Shown here one piece after another: positions 13,038 to 23,950 of a stretch of 64,000 nt of DNA. A program made the translations under genes and the position numbers. Within the stretch, counting starts at the first letter, position 1. Every line of letters starts with the position of its first letter. This stretch comes from Podarcis cretensis. Taxonomy: Eukaryota. Below the pieces are notes generated by a model. It ran no database searches, was not told the origin of the DNA, and saw only the letters and a program-made list of their open reading frames with translations. Location of the stretch: assembly GCA_951804945.1 (NCBI GenBank), contig OX638150.1:41168001-41232000 (forward strand), read 5' to 3'.

Positions 13038-14015
13038 TTTTCTTATATACATACATAAACATACAACAAAAAACAATTGAAGATCCAAATATTGAGATTA
13101 CTCTGAATCTCCTGACTTCCCCCTATCCCTTTCATGGGTCCTAATAATATTTACAACTGCATATCAATACTTGTCCAAATTTTTATCCTGTAAGACAGAG
13201 TTGTTCCGCCTGGCCTTTGGCTTGCAGCCAATTTGATTCCCTCCCCCCCCCTCTCTTTTCTTTTCTTTTCTTTTCTTTTCTTTTCTTTTCTTTTCTTTCT
13301 CTCTTTTCCTTCTCCTCCTGCGATGAGGCTACATTTTAATATTTTAATGTTCCATTACTTTAATGTTGTATTTTATTTTTGTTTTTAAGTTTGTAATCAT
13401 TCATCTTGTTTTTATTATTGCTTGTAAGCCGCTCTGAGCCCAGCCTTGACTGGGGAGGACGGGGTATAAATAAAAAAATATTATTATTATTATAAGTGTG
13501 ACTAAAATCCTGCCAATGTTTTAACCTGTTTACAATGGTCTTGTAAATAAATTATAAACTTTTCCCATTCTTTTTTAAAGTTCTTATCTTCTTGGTTTCT
13601 AAACTTCCCAGTTAATTTCTCCACTTCGGCATAGTCCATCAACTTGGTTTGCCATTCTTCTCTGGTAGGGATTGTCTCTTCCTTCCATCCCTGGGCTAAT
13701 AGCATCCATGCGGCTATTGTCGCATACATAAATAGTCTTTTCTGGTCCTTTGGTATCTCGGTACCTATAATTCCTAATAAAAAAAGCTTCTGGTTTTTTA
13801 ACAAAAGATATTTTAAACATTTTTTTCATTTCATTATATATCATTTCCCAGAAACTTTACTTTACACATCCACCACATATGATAAAAGGTACCTTCTTTT
13901 TCTTTACATTTCCAACAAGTATTTGGACTTGTTCTGTACATTTTTGCTAACTTAACCGGGGTCAAATACCATTGGTATTTGATGCCCTCTCAGCTTTTCA
14001 ATATACACTTTTTCT
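13038..14015 (-). mobile_element. L1-clade LINE 3' end (ORF2 C-terminus and 3' UTR), interrupted by an L2 fragment
   Basis: Minus strand reads [13 protein letters not shown], a CCHC knuckle [19 protein letters not shown] (13861-13920), then KPEAF / LLGI...EEW with a frameshift. Confidence 0.85.
13190..13492 (+). mobile_element. L2-type LINE 3' end containing a (CTTTT)n microsatellite
   Basis: gtaagccgctctgagcc...ggggtataaataaa(att)n terminus; (CTTTT)n at about 13255-13300. Confidence 0.7.
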
Positions 14016-15984
14016 ACTGTACTAGTACCTCCTAAAAGGTGTATGTTCTGAATCATAGTTAAGGCATTCTGAAATAGGTACCAGCTCTCAGGGATGGGCA
14101 TTATGATCTTTTCACATGGAAGACTGAACTATGGATGAAAATGGCCCCCAAGGTAAATTCCTTCCCTAGTATTCTCCATATGTGCAGGAAAGGGAGTCTC
14201 TTTGTGCCTAGTGAGGAAGTGAGGCCAACAAATTGCAAAGCTCTGCATTTTTCACTTACTCCCAGTGGATGCTGCACAAGATGATTAATATTTTAACATC
14301 TTTGTGTTCTCTGTTTTACTTTTAACACTGGAGCACTTTAAATCACTTGGGAAGAAGAAGGTCTGTCTCTTCTCCAGTTACATAAACAATTGGTGGTACT
14401 AGGGCGAAAAAGGGAAATAATTTGGGTGGAGTTAGGAGAGAAGGTAGGATGAAGAAAACTGTTTTACATGTAACATCAAAAACTTAAATTTTCCAACGCC
14501 TGGTGTGAGTGCAGAATTAGATTCCTATGTTCTGCTGGAATTGAGTGCTACAGAACCTCTGAAAGTGTCTTGTAAACAATGTGTTGGAAAGTAGAGAGAA
14601 TATTCCAGGTCTTCAAACAAATGCCTGTCCTGTTTTTCCACCCATCCCCATGTGGATAGGCCTCATTTATTAGAGGATGAAAAATGAGTCAATGACCTTG
14701 TCCACTGCCCTTCCCACATTTTATGTATTTGAGTCCTGTTTACTAGAGTAGAGATGTAAAATTTATGGAACTGCTAGCAGCATTGATAAACCTCCCCCCC
14801 CCCTTGTGGGTAGGATGGGGGTAATGATGAACATTTTGTGAAACACTGAAATATTAGCGGTATGTGCTTGAGAGTTCATACTGCATTTGATAATAGTCAT
14901 TGAGGTCAGAGGTACTTTAAGAATAGAGATGCCCTTAAAATACAACAAACTAATGTTTGAAATAAGGAATTGCAAAGTTAAAGTATATTGAATTGAATTT
15001 CCAAAATATAGTAACTGCCACCAGATGTTAATAAAATAATACTGACAGTGAACCAGCCATTTACATCAGTGTAACCATTTCTATTGTAGCTTTGAAAAAA
15101 TAAATGGTTTTTTTTTTCATATTCTAAAACCAGTATTTGAAGACTCCATGGTTTGTCATCTTAACCCAACACACTGTTATTTCTACAAATTGATCCTCTG
15201 TACCAATTGGTCGGGATCCTTAGGGTTGGTTTTTTGTTTTTTGTTTTTTTACACTTAGCTGCCAATCCCAATTTGCTTTTAAAAGTCTGCCAGCCTTCAA
15301 AAGGGGCTTGCCATGTGTATCGGAGGACCGCTGCTGACATTACAAGCCCTGTTCCAGAAGTGGTTGGTGCATCTCTCTGGAATGTGGTCCTTGAACTAGC
15401 TTCAAGCCTTTCACATCTTGGTTTGATGCTTAGCTTTTGTGCATTTCCAAATGTACCTGATAGGCTGTAATCAGAGGGGATTTTTTTCCCTTTTAAATTG
15501 CTCTTAATAAAATTAGAACAGGTAAAAAATATTTAAAATCAAAATAGTGGTTGGATATTACATTTTAAATGCTCCCTTGTTTATTTATTTGCTTTTGGAG
15601 GTAAGATTTGAAAGATAGGCTTAACTGTGGGGTACAGACCCATTTGAACGGAACTAAAAAAAACACCTGACAGACATGCCACATTAGTCCTCTTGCCATT
15701 GTCAGTGTTTCTCTGTCTCAAAGTGGATATATGTTGACAGCTAGTGCAATTGCCATTTCACACATCTTCCTTGTAAAAGACCTGTTGCCTGGCTTAACAT
15801 CCCAAAGGTTGTTTTTTTAAAAAAAAAATCTTTGAAATTACCCAAATGAATGATTCGCATAAGTATATGTAATTATCTATGGAAGAATGAATCATCTTGC
15901 AGCTGCTTCCAATTAATGTCTATCATTTATGAAATAGTTCAGATACTATTTGGGAGAAATTGACGCTCTGCAACTATACTGTTT

Positions 15985-16300
15985 GGGTCCCCCTCTGCAT
16001 GTTTGTGCTGCTCTCCTGGCCTGCCGTCATCCAAAGATTTGGGTCTTTGCACTACCCTTATGCGGATGACACCCATTCCATCTCTCCATTCTGTTTGAAT
16101 CAGTAGTAGCAGCTGTGCAGTGCTGGACCAGTGTCTGGAGGAAGTGATGGGCTGAATGAGGACCAGTAAACTATGACTGAATCCTAATAAGATGGAGCTG
16201 GAATAGACAGGCAATTCCTGTGTCTGGAAATTAGGAGGACAACCTGTTAGGGAAGGGGGTGCACTCCCTTCTCTAGAGGAACAGTTTTGTAGTGTGTGAT
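15985..16300 (+). mobile_element. L2 LINE reverse-transcriptase fragment (decayed)
   Basis: VIQRFGSLHYPYADDT, with the YADD motif at 16059, followed by LDQCLEEVMG and LNPNKME remnants. Confidence 0.75.
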
Positions 16301-19300
16301 CTGGAAGTAGTATAAAATAACTTCCATTCTGGCTATTTTGTGATAACTGTAGATCCGCTGACAAAGCTCTGAAATCTTAATATCTGTCTTTGTGTTTCTT
16401 CTTGTGTACTAATACTTTGTCCCTTGCTCCAGCCCTTCAGGGTGGAAGAAGCTGCGCATCCAGTTAAAATGATTTCTTTTTACCAGAAAGCAGCTAAAGA
16501 ACAGTTTTGGAAATGGCAACATTACCCTCTTTGTTCTTACCCCAGCACAGAATCAACATTGTGTCATTTAAATTTTTTTAAGGCAGTTGCTACTTCCTCT
16601 AGAGGTCTATATTGCTGTTTTAATACAAATCACTCTCTTGATGATTACCAAATCCATTCCACTGCACGCTTGCAATAACTTAGGCTTTTTACTATTTTGC
16701 TTGACTGCTAGTGATATATTGATGTGATCTTTAGAGAGGAAGAGATGATTGAGCTAGAATAATAGCAGGGAATCTTAGGAGATTGCAAGGACATTTTTTC
16801 ATATTCTTGTGTAGTGGGAAGTAGAAATGTCCTAGATGGAAGGGCTGACCATTTAAGAGCAAAACGAAACATTACCTGTCTAACTGTTATGAAAAACCAC
16901 CCCATTTTGCTTTTTTCACAGCAAGATCTTCATTGAGCTGTTGACTCATGGTAAGTCACCATCTGTTAGGACCCAGTTCACATATATGATTTTATTTTAT
17001 TTAGAAGATTTATAAACCGCTCAATTGAAGAGCTCTCTAAGCAGTATACAATAAGTCGTATCTTTGGTCTCAGCTTTAAATCATAACCAACTGTCCTTTG
17101 GATATCTTCTCTGTTTGACTCCTTGCGTTCTTGAATTTTGGGATAGTGCCATCACATATGGAGATCATCAGCTGCTATTTGTCCACATTTTCAACATCCG
17201 TATGTTTTGTTCTTATCTGTTTTATTTAATTTATTTAGGGTTAAATACCAGCTATATTACAGTTGATAAAAAAGCTAAAACTGACACAGATGGCATTGCT
17301 TGCTGTGCCAGTAAAAACAGATGTCCATCTGCATAGAAGTGTCAGTCATTTTACCCATCTCTTTCTAAAAAAATTCCTTTTTCTGTAACACTTATTGCAT
17401 TAGAAGATGTTATATTTTTGATGGTAACCCCTTAGTATTGTCTGTTGTTAGAACTTAGTATTCAAATCCTGAATACAAGGTTCCTTTTCTAAAAATTTCC
17501 ATGGTTACATAATTTCTCAGTTGACAAATTTGGAACCAGTGGGGGTGATAAGAATCTGATGGCTTTTCACAGTGTCATTGACTCTTATAATACTGTTTTT
17601 TTTACTCGTAGAGCCCTCCATTTGCAGTGCTAGGTGTTTCATTACAAATAAAATATGACAAAAGGGATATAGAAGGACTTTAAAATATTTGTGCAAGATG
17701 TTAGCGTTTTTCATATTGTTCAAGAACTCTGGCATTTTAGGCTTCTGATGTTTCTCAAACTCGCTTTTAAATCCCAAGGTGGGTTAGTAAATGGCATTTT
17801 AGCATTACCTGGTTCCACCGCATACTCAGGATCAGTTTGGTGCTCTTTGGCAATTAAATTCTGTTTTAGACATTTATATCGCAGACTACATGATTCAGTT
17901 GCAGCTAACTAATCCCCTTTTATGGCAGAAAAAGTGAAAACTGGTTGTTCTGGAGCAGTAAGTAAGTAGAAGCTGCTTTTCTTCTGTTTTTCACAGTTTA
18001 TGCTTCTGGGATGAATAATCTGTAAGTAATTTGCCCACACAACATAGGCAGTCTGTACTGTAAAGACTAGGCACTAATAGCACCTTCCCCATTCTGACTG
18101 CTCATTCACCCATTGCTGCTTCTGCCTCTGAAAAGCCACCTAGCATTTGTTTATGGAAGTCCAGAGCATGTAGTGAAAAAGCTGAGTAACAGTCCTTCCT
18201 TTTCCCAGAGTGAGTGCAGGGGAAGATGCATTGGGCTTAATATGACCTCAGAAATAACTTCCTTAATCACAAGTTTGTAGAGGGGGAGTAAGCTTGTTGC
18301 GCCGCCTGTATCGCACTATTCCCTTTTCATATGTTAATCAGTAATTAATCTTGATTTTTGTTGGGTTTAGGAGTTTTACTCTTGGCACATGTGCAGAACC
18401 AATTATATCGTAAATCACCCGCGTTTCAGCAAATGTCATTCTGATAGTTCCCTACTGCATAGAGCACTACTAGTAAAACATTTGAGGTCAGGAACTTGGA
18501 TTCCTCAACCACTGTATTCAAGGAAACCCATTTATTGTTCTGTCTCAGTAGAAAAGGTTCATTTCTCTTAGACTTATATCACATTGGCAGCCAATCAAGG
18601 AAAGTCATAATTGCATTTATGCAATTGGGGGCGGGTGAGCTGAGGCCGCATTAATCTGTCTTAATGAATTAATACCACTGGCCTCTTTTCACCCCCAATA
18701 TGAATGTGGCAGATTCTTAAGAATACAGTATTTTACGTTCTTTATTGAGCAAGAATTACGCTTTGGGCACTCAAACAGAGTGCTTGACCTGCGTCTCTCG
18801 CACTGTAAAATTGCTAAATGTATTCTTTGTACTTGATTCTGCAGAAGGATTTAGAGAGACTTGCCATGGATTGCATGAAGCAGTATTCATCTCAAATTAT
18901 CCTGAGCTGACTACTGGGCCTTTTTGATAGCCTTCTTGTGATGATTTGTGCTGTGGATGATAAAGATGGATGATTTTAAAAAATCAGTTAAAAGGATCTT
19001 TCAGGCTATTAAATTAGGTCTATGTAAACTGGAGGGAAAAGCAATCATACCATGTCCTATTTGGGAAATGAGAATTGGCAGCTTTCTTCTTGTCATCACA
19101 TCAGCTGCTTGAATTGTGCAGAGTCTAATCATATCTCCAGGTTGTTCAGAGAGCATGTTGATTAGATACAATATACAAAAGTGCCTATAAGAGCATCCTG
19201 CATTTAAGGGAATTGCTTTTGCGCTTGCCAAAATCAGGGATGTGAGCTCTTTAATCTTGCCGCCAGCTCAGTGGGAAGAAGATGGTGCATCTGTTTCAAC

Positions 19301-19724
19301 ATTTTCAGTGTCCTTGGTGCTCCTAAATGTGTCCAGCTCTCCTTCTCAGGGTGTCCTAAATGTGCCCCAGCTCTTCTTGGGTTAAATTAGTAAAATCATG
19401 ACTCAAAGGCTGAATCATAGATAATCCAAATTAGATTTTCTATTTCTGTAACAATGTTTTGGCAATGGCTCGTGAAAGGCAAGGAAGGGCATGTGTTGGG
19501 CATTAGACAGGGCAACAAAGATAGGAAGACACTTTGAGACACATGGACCCAGAAGCTCAGCCCCGTGACTGGAATGCATATCCGAGTCCTGTATTCCAGT
19601 TTTGCTCCACACTATACCATAAACAAAGGTAAATGAAGTATTTATAGTTTGGAATTCTTCTTGTTATGCCCCACCCTCAGGCAAGCATCAACAGCCAATG
19701 CAATTTAGACAAATGTTTCTTAAC

Positions 19725-19846
19725 ACCAACTCAAGGATGAAGAAGTTGTTGGACTCTAATTGTTATTAGCCCCAGACAACATGATCAGGGATGATGGGAG
19801 TTGTAGCCCCCCAACATCTGGAGGGCCACAGGTTACCTATTCCTGC
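19725..19846. mobile_element. hAT-type palindromic MITE (decayed)
   Basis: ggggatgatgggagttgtag...aacatctggagggccacaggtt. Confidence 0.65.
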
Positions 19847-21275
19847 TTTAGATCCCCACTGTGCAAACCAGACCTATTCATTCTTGCAGCCCTCTCCAGA
19901 GAGAGGATTTTAAATGTATAACTTCATCACAAGTCTATAATTCCATCTTTAGTTGTGCTCCTTGACGTGTCCTGACGAGCTGGTGTCAGGGTTTGACTCC
20001 AGTTTTTGCTAATCGGCCATTTATTTGCTGTTTTTTGTCCCCACAGTTATTTTAGGAAGAGCTTTCTCATATTCTAGGAAACAGATAGTGGAATTCCTTT
20101 GTAGAACTAAGGGCAGAGTAAGGCAGTTTAATCAACAACATTTTTTGTAGATGACACAAGATGGACAACATAAGATCAGTACTCTTTCTTAGTCAGAGTC
20201 ACCAGTCTTCTATGCATTATTATCCCCGTTTCAAGTTCTAGCCATGTTGCACACTTCAAAACCTGATTCCATCCTGGCCCAGAATTCCCATCCTTCCACA
20301 CAGTGCTGCTGTCCTGGCTGCAGAGTGGGTTGTTTCTTCTGGTTCTTATTACTTAATGCAGCCTCTGTATCTGTATGTATGCATAGCTTTCCTGTTTCCA
20401 TTATTGTGTCTGGAGCAGACACAGCCTGACATACTTAGCATTACCTCCCCTGGTGCTTTCCATATAATCTGACTGGATGGGGAAGGGTGAAAAGAGTGAG
20501 GCTGCTGAGTGACTCTGCTGGAAGCACTGGAGCTTTTGGCTGGGGCGCTGTGGTCCTCCCCACATGGGCCAAATGCACGGCCATACTTGCCGTTCCATAA
20601 CGATCCCATTCACATTGGCTTAGCATTAGCGCCCTGGTTCCCAGCAGGAACTCATTGGAAACTATTTATCATTTCTGACACAGAAGGTAAAATCCCTCTT
20701 GTTTTATTGAAAATACACTCTTTAAGTTTTCATTTAACAGCTGCTATGAGGAGTCTGCCGAGTGCTGGGAACTGTTCTGTGAGAACCGCAGCAATGCGCC
20801 AGAGAAGTTAGCAGTCAGACCTCAGTAAAATGAGGCAGTATGGTCGTTAATCATATCTGTTTACTGACAGGAGGCTCATGATATATCACTTGGCCCACCT
20901 GTTGGATTAATGCTTTTCCTGAATGTTTGCAAATGGTTTTTTGCTAGACAGGTGAATGTTATCTTTTCCTCATTCTGGGAGACGTGAGGTGCAGAAGTAT
21001 GAATCCAGTGTAGTCAACACAGTCAGTGACAAGGGAAGAGTTTCTTTGAGCTCCTGATATCTATGGACATTGATTATGCTCTATAATTTCTTATTTGTTT
21101 CCTTCTGATCTAGTCTAGAACTCTTTGTATGTCAAAATGTAGGATGCAGGAATGGACAATTGGGCATACTCTGCCTCTTTTATAAGTTTTGCCATTTATG
21201 CATACATTTCACCATCCAGTGGTTGAAATCAAGGCTTGAGCAACCATGATTGTGTTCTTTTCATTTTATCGTGTA

Positions 21276-21500
21276 CAGTGGTACCTCTGGTTACAAACTT
21301 AATTCATTCCGGAGGTCCGTTCTTAACCTGAAACTGTTCTTAACCTGAGGTACCACTTTAGCTAATGGGGCTTCCCACTGCCGCCGTGCCACTGGCGCAC
21401 AATTTCTGTTCTCATCTTGAGGTAAAGGTCTTAACCCGAAGTACTACTTCCACGTTAGCAGAGTCTGTAACCCGAGTGTTTGTAACCCGAGGTTCCATTG
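21276..21500. mobile_element. Tc1/mariner-pogo MITE
   Basis: TA-cagtggtacctc...gaggttccattg-TA; related to the copies at 23260 and 35281. Confidence 0.85.
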
Positions 21501-21519
21501 TATGAGCTGTTTCTTTAAA

Positions 21520-21850
21520 AAAATTGATGTATACCCCACCTTTCCTTCACATTGCTCAAATACATTGGTTTTTCTCTCTGCATTTTGTCCTCAAGAACCC
21601 TGTAAGCAATGCTTTTTTTCAGGGGGTACTCAAGGGAAGGGCACTCAGTACCAGCACCTCTTTTTTTGGTTCAAAAGTTGTGACACTTACTGTAACAACT
21701 TCGTGGTGTGTACTGGCACCAATTTTTCTAGGGGAAAAAAAGACAGCCACTGGCCTAAGGTAACCCAGTGAACTTCATAGATGGGTGGAGATTTCAACCC
21801 TGGTCTCCCAGGTCCTAATACAAAACTCTAACCACTGCACCACACTGACC
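21520..21850 (-). mobile_element. Old MIR-like SINE interrupted by a small terminal-inverted-repeat element (about 21607-21745)
   Basis: SINE parts cctcaagaaccctgtaag and ggcctaaggtaacccagtgaacttc...ctctaaccactgcacc flank an insert ending caatgctttttttc / ggaaaaaaaga. Confidence 0.55.
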
Positions 21851-23259
21851 CTTGCACTGTTTCTGCTCTGAAAACATGGACCAAATGTAATTGGAAATGA
21901 TCTAGGTGCAAGTAAGTCCAGTCCAGCTCCCTAATTCCTGGAGAACTGCCACCAAAGGATGCCAAACCTCGCCATATGCACCTTGTACAAAGCTGAGATG
22001 GAAAATCCACTGAATGTTTCTGGGCTGCACCCCTATGAAAAGAATCTCCTTGGCCTAGGAAGGAGCCCATTCCTAGCAGCAGCATTTGAGAAAATCTAGA
22101 GCTGTGCTCCAGGCTTACAAAGCAGCCGGCACCTCAGCTTCATATCCTGTAATATATTTAGGGAGAATTGGCTTCCGGAAGGATACCCCTGGTTTACTAC
22201 TTTTTCATAGACTTGGATCCCAAAGTGCATCTCAGGGCTCTTTTGGAATGACTTGATGCATGTTAATTTAATGGGAGATAGAGACATGGGGTGAATGCAG
22301 ATGATCAACCTGCCAAGTAATAAATGTGGGGAAGCTTGTTTGTTTCTTTAAAAGTGGGTTGAAGTGGAGCAGTAAAGATGACCATGGCTGGCTTAGTAGG
22401 ATTCTGTGGTTGCTCTTGCTCCGCCCCTAATTAGTTAGTCAGTCAGTTGTTCTGTTGCCATGGAGTAAAGATGAACTCCACCATGCATCGCTGCCGTGTC
22501 TTGTCACTAATTCCCAGCTCTTTGTTTCGGGAAGTAGATACTTAATATATCCTCACCAATAAAGCATTCTCTCTTAGAGGATTTTTTCTGGGGTGGGGAA
22601 TTTGGGACATTTAAAAAAGTATATTGTGCTTTAAGTAATACATGTGAAGGCATATACTCTGTGTACTTTCGCATCGTAAAAGCAATATTTTGTATGCACA
22701 TCCCACAGAGAGTCTCAAAACTGAACTCACAAAACCATCAGGATTTCACAGGGGTCTCTCCCAGGCCTATCAGGAAATAAATTGGGACCTTCTGCATGTA
22801 AATGCTGTACCCCTGGCCTGCAGTAATAGTTGGGTTCTGTTCCCTAAGGGGGAAAATACACTAGTCATGAGATTAGCTCGGAGAAATATCTTCCCCCTCT
22901 CAGTGTCACGTGCCATGGATTCGGCTCACCAATTTACCAAATGGTAAATGGGGGAAGTCTCATTGAGAAAGGGCTCTCATCTTTTACCCCACAGTCAGAT
23001 GTGTGACAGAAAAAACTGCACCACATTTTAGAAATTCTGTAGGACAGGGATCTCACATTAATGCCATTAAAAAGTGTATCACGTGCTTAAAATAACTACA
23101 TCAGCATAAACATTTAAAATTCACAATGAAAAATTACAAATAAGCAATATCGCACAAAGAGCAGATAAAGTAAAAGTAGCCAGTTAAACATCTTTAAATT
23201 CAAAATGCACACTAAATAAAATTGTCAAACAGCTTAGACGAGGTACCCTATTAGCTCTA

Positions 23260-23488
23260 CAGTGGTACCTCGGGTTACATACACTTCAGGTTACATACTC
23301 CGCTAACCCAGAAATAATACCTTGGGTTAAGAACTTTGCTTCAGGACGAGAACAGAAATTGTGCAGTGGCAGCGCAGCAGCAGCAGCAGGAGGCCCCATT
23401 AGCTAAAGTGGTGCTTCGGGTTAAGAACAGTTTCAGGTTAAGAACAGACCTCTGGAATGAATTAAGTACTTAACCCGAGGTACCACTG
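23260..23488. mobile_element. Tc1/mariner-pogo MITE
   Basis: TA duplication; perfect inverted termini cagtggtacctcgggtta / taacccgaggtaccactg. Confidence 0.92.
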
Positions 23489-23774
23489 TATATTAAATTG
23501 GAGATTATATTTCTGAAGCTTCCTGTATAAGATAGGGCTTTAATAGTCCTCCTTTTCTCTTCAACACTCAGTTTGTTTGGTTGTGCATTGTCTTTTCCCT
23601 TCTAATTCCAAAACATAATAAAAATGACACTTTGCAATAAAAATGTTTCTCTGCCTTCCTCCCTCAATTATTTGACTATTGAAGAAGGAATATCTTTTTG
23701 GTTCCATCTGTGTCAGGTAACTACCCTGGCAGCCATTATTGACTGCCTCCAAACCCATGTCTTCATGTATCCAG

Positions 23775-23950
23775 TTACAGGTATCTGAAGAAGTGTGCAT
23801 GCACACGAAAGCTCATACCTAGAACTAACTTAGTTGGTCTTTAAGGTGCTACTGGAAGGAATTTTTTTTCTTTTCTTTTGTTTTGTTCATGTATCCAGAG
23901 GTGCTACTGGAAGGAATTTTTTTTCTTTTTTTCTTTTATTTTGTTTTGTT
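23775..23950 (+). mobile_element. Short Penelope-like pseudo-LTR fragment with duplicated 3' end
   Basis: 23781-23860 matches 2211-2290 almost exactly; ttcatgtatccag occurs three times (23762, 23886, 23949). Confidence 0.85.
23779..23820 (+). ncRNA. Minimal type I hammerhead ribozyme motif (sense to STX8, 6-bp stem I)
   Basis: AGGUAU-CUGAAGA-A-GUGUGCAUGCACAC-GAAA-GCUC-AUACCU; predicted cleavage after C23814. Confidence 0.8.

Noticed and set aside
15573-15606. Recursive splice site (pyrimidine tract, GAG|GTAAGA); similar CAG|GTAAC at 23714
   Set aside because: GAG acceptors are rare, the second donor is weak, and such motifs are expected by chance in an intron this long.
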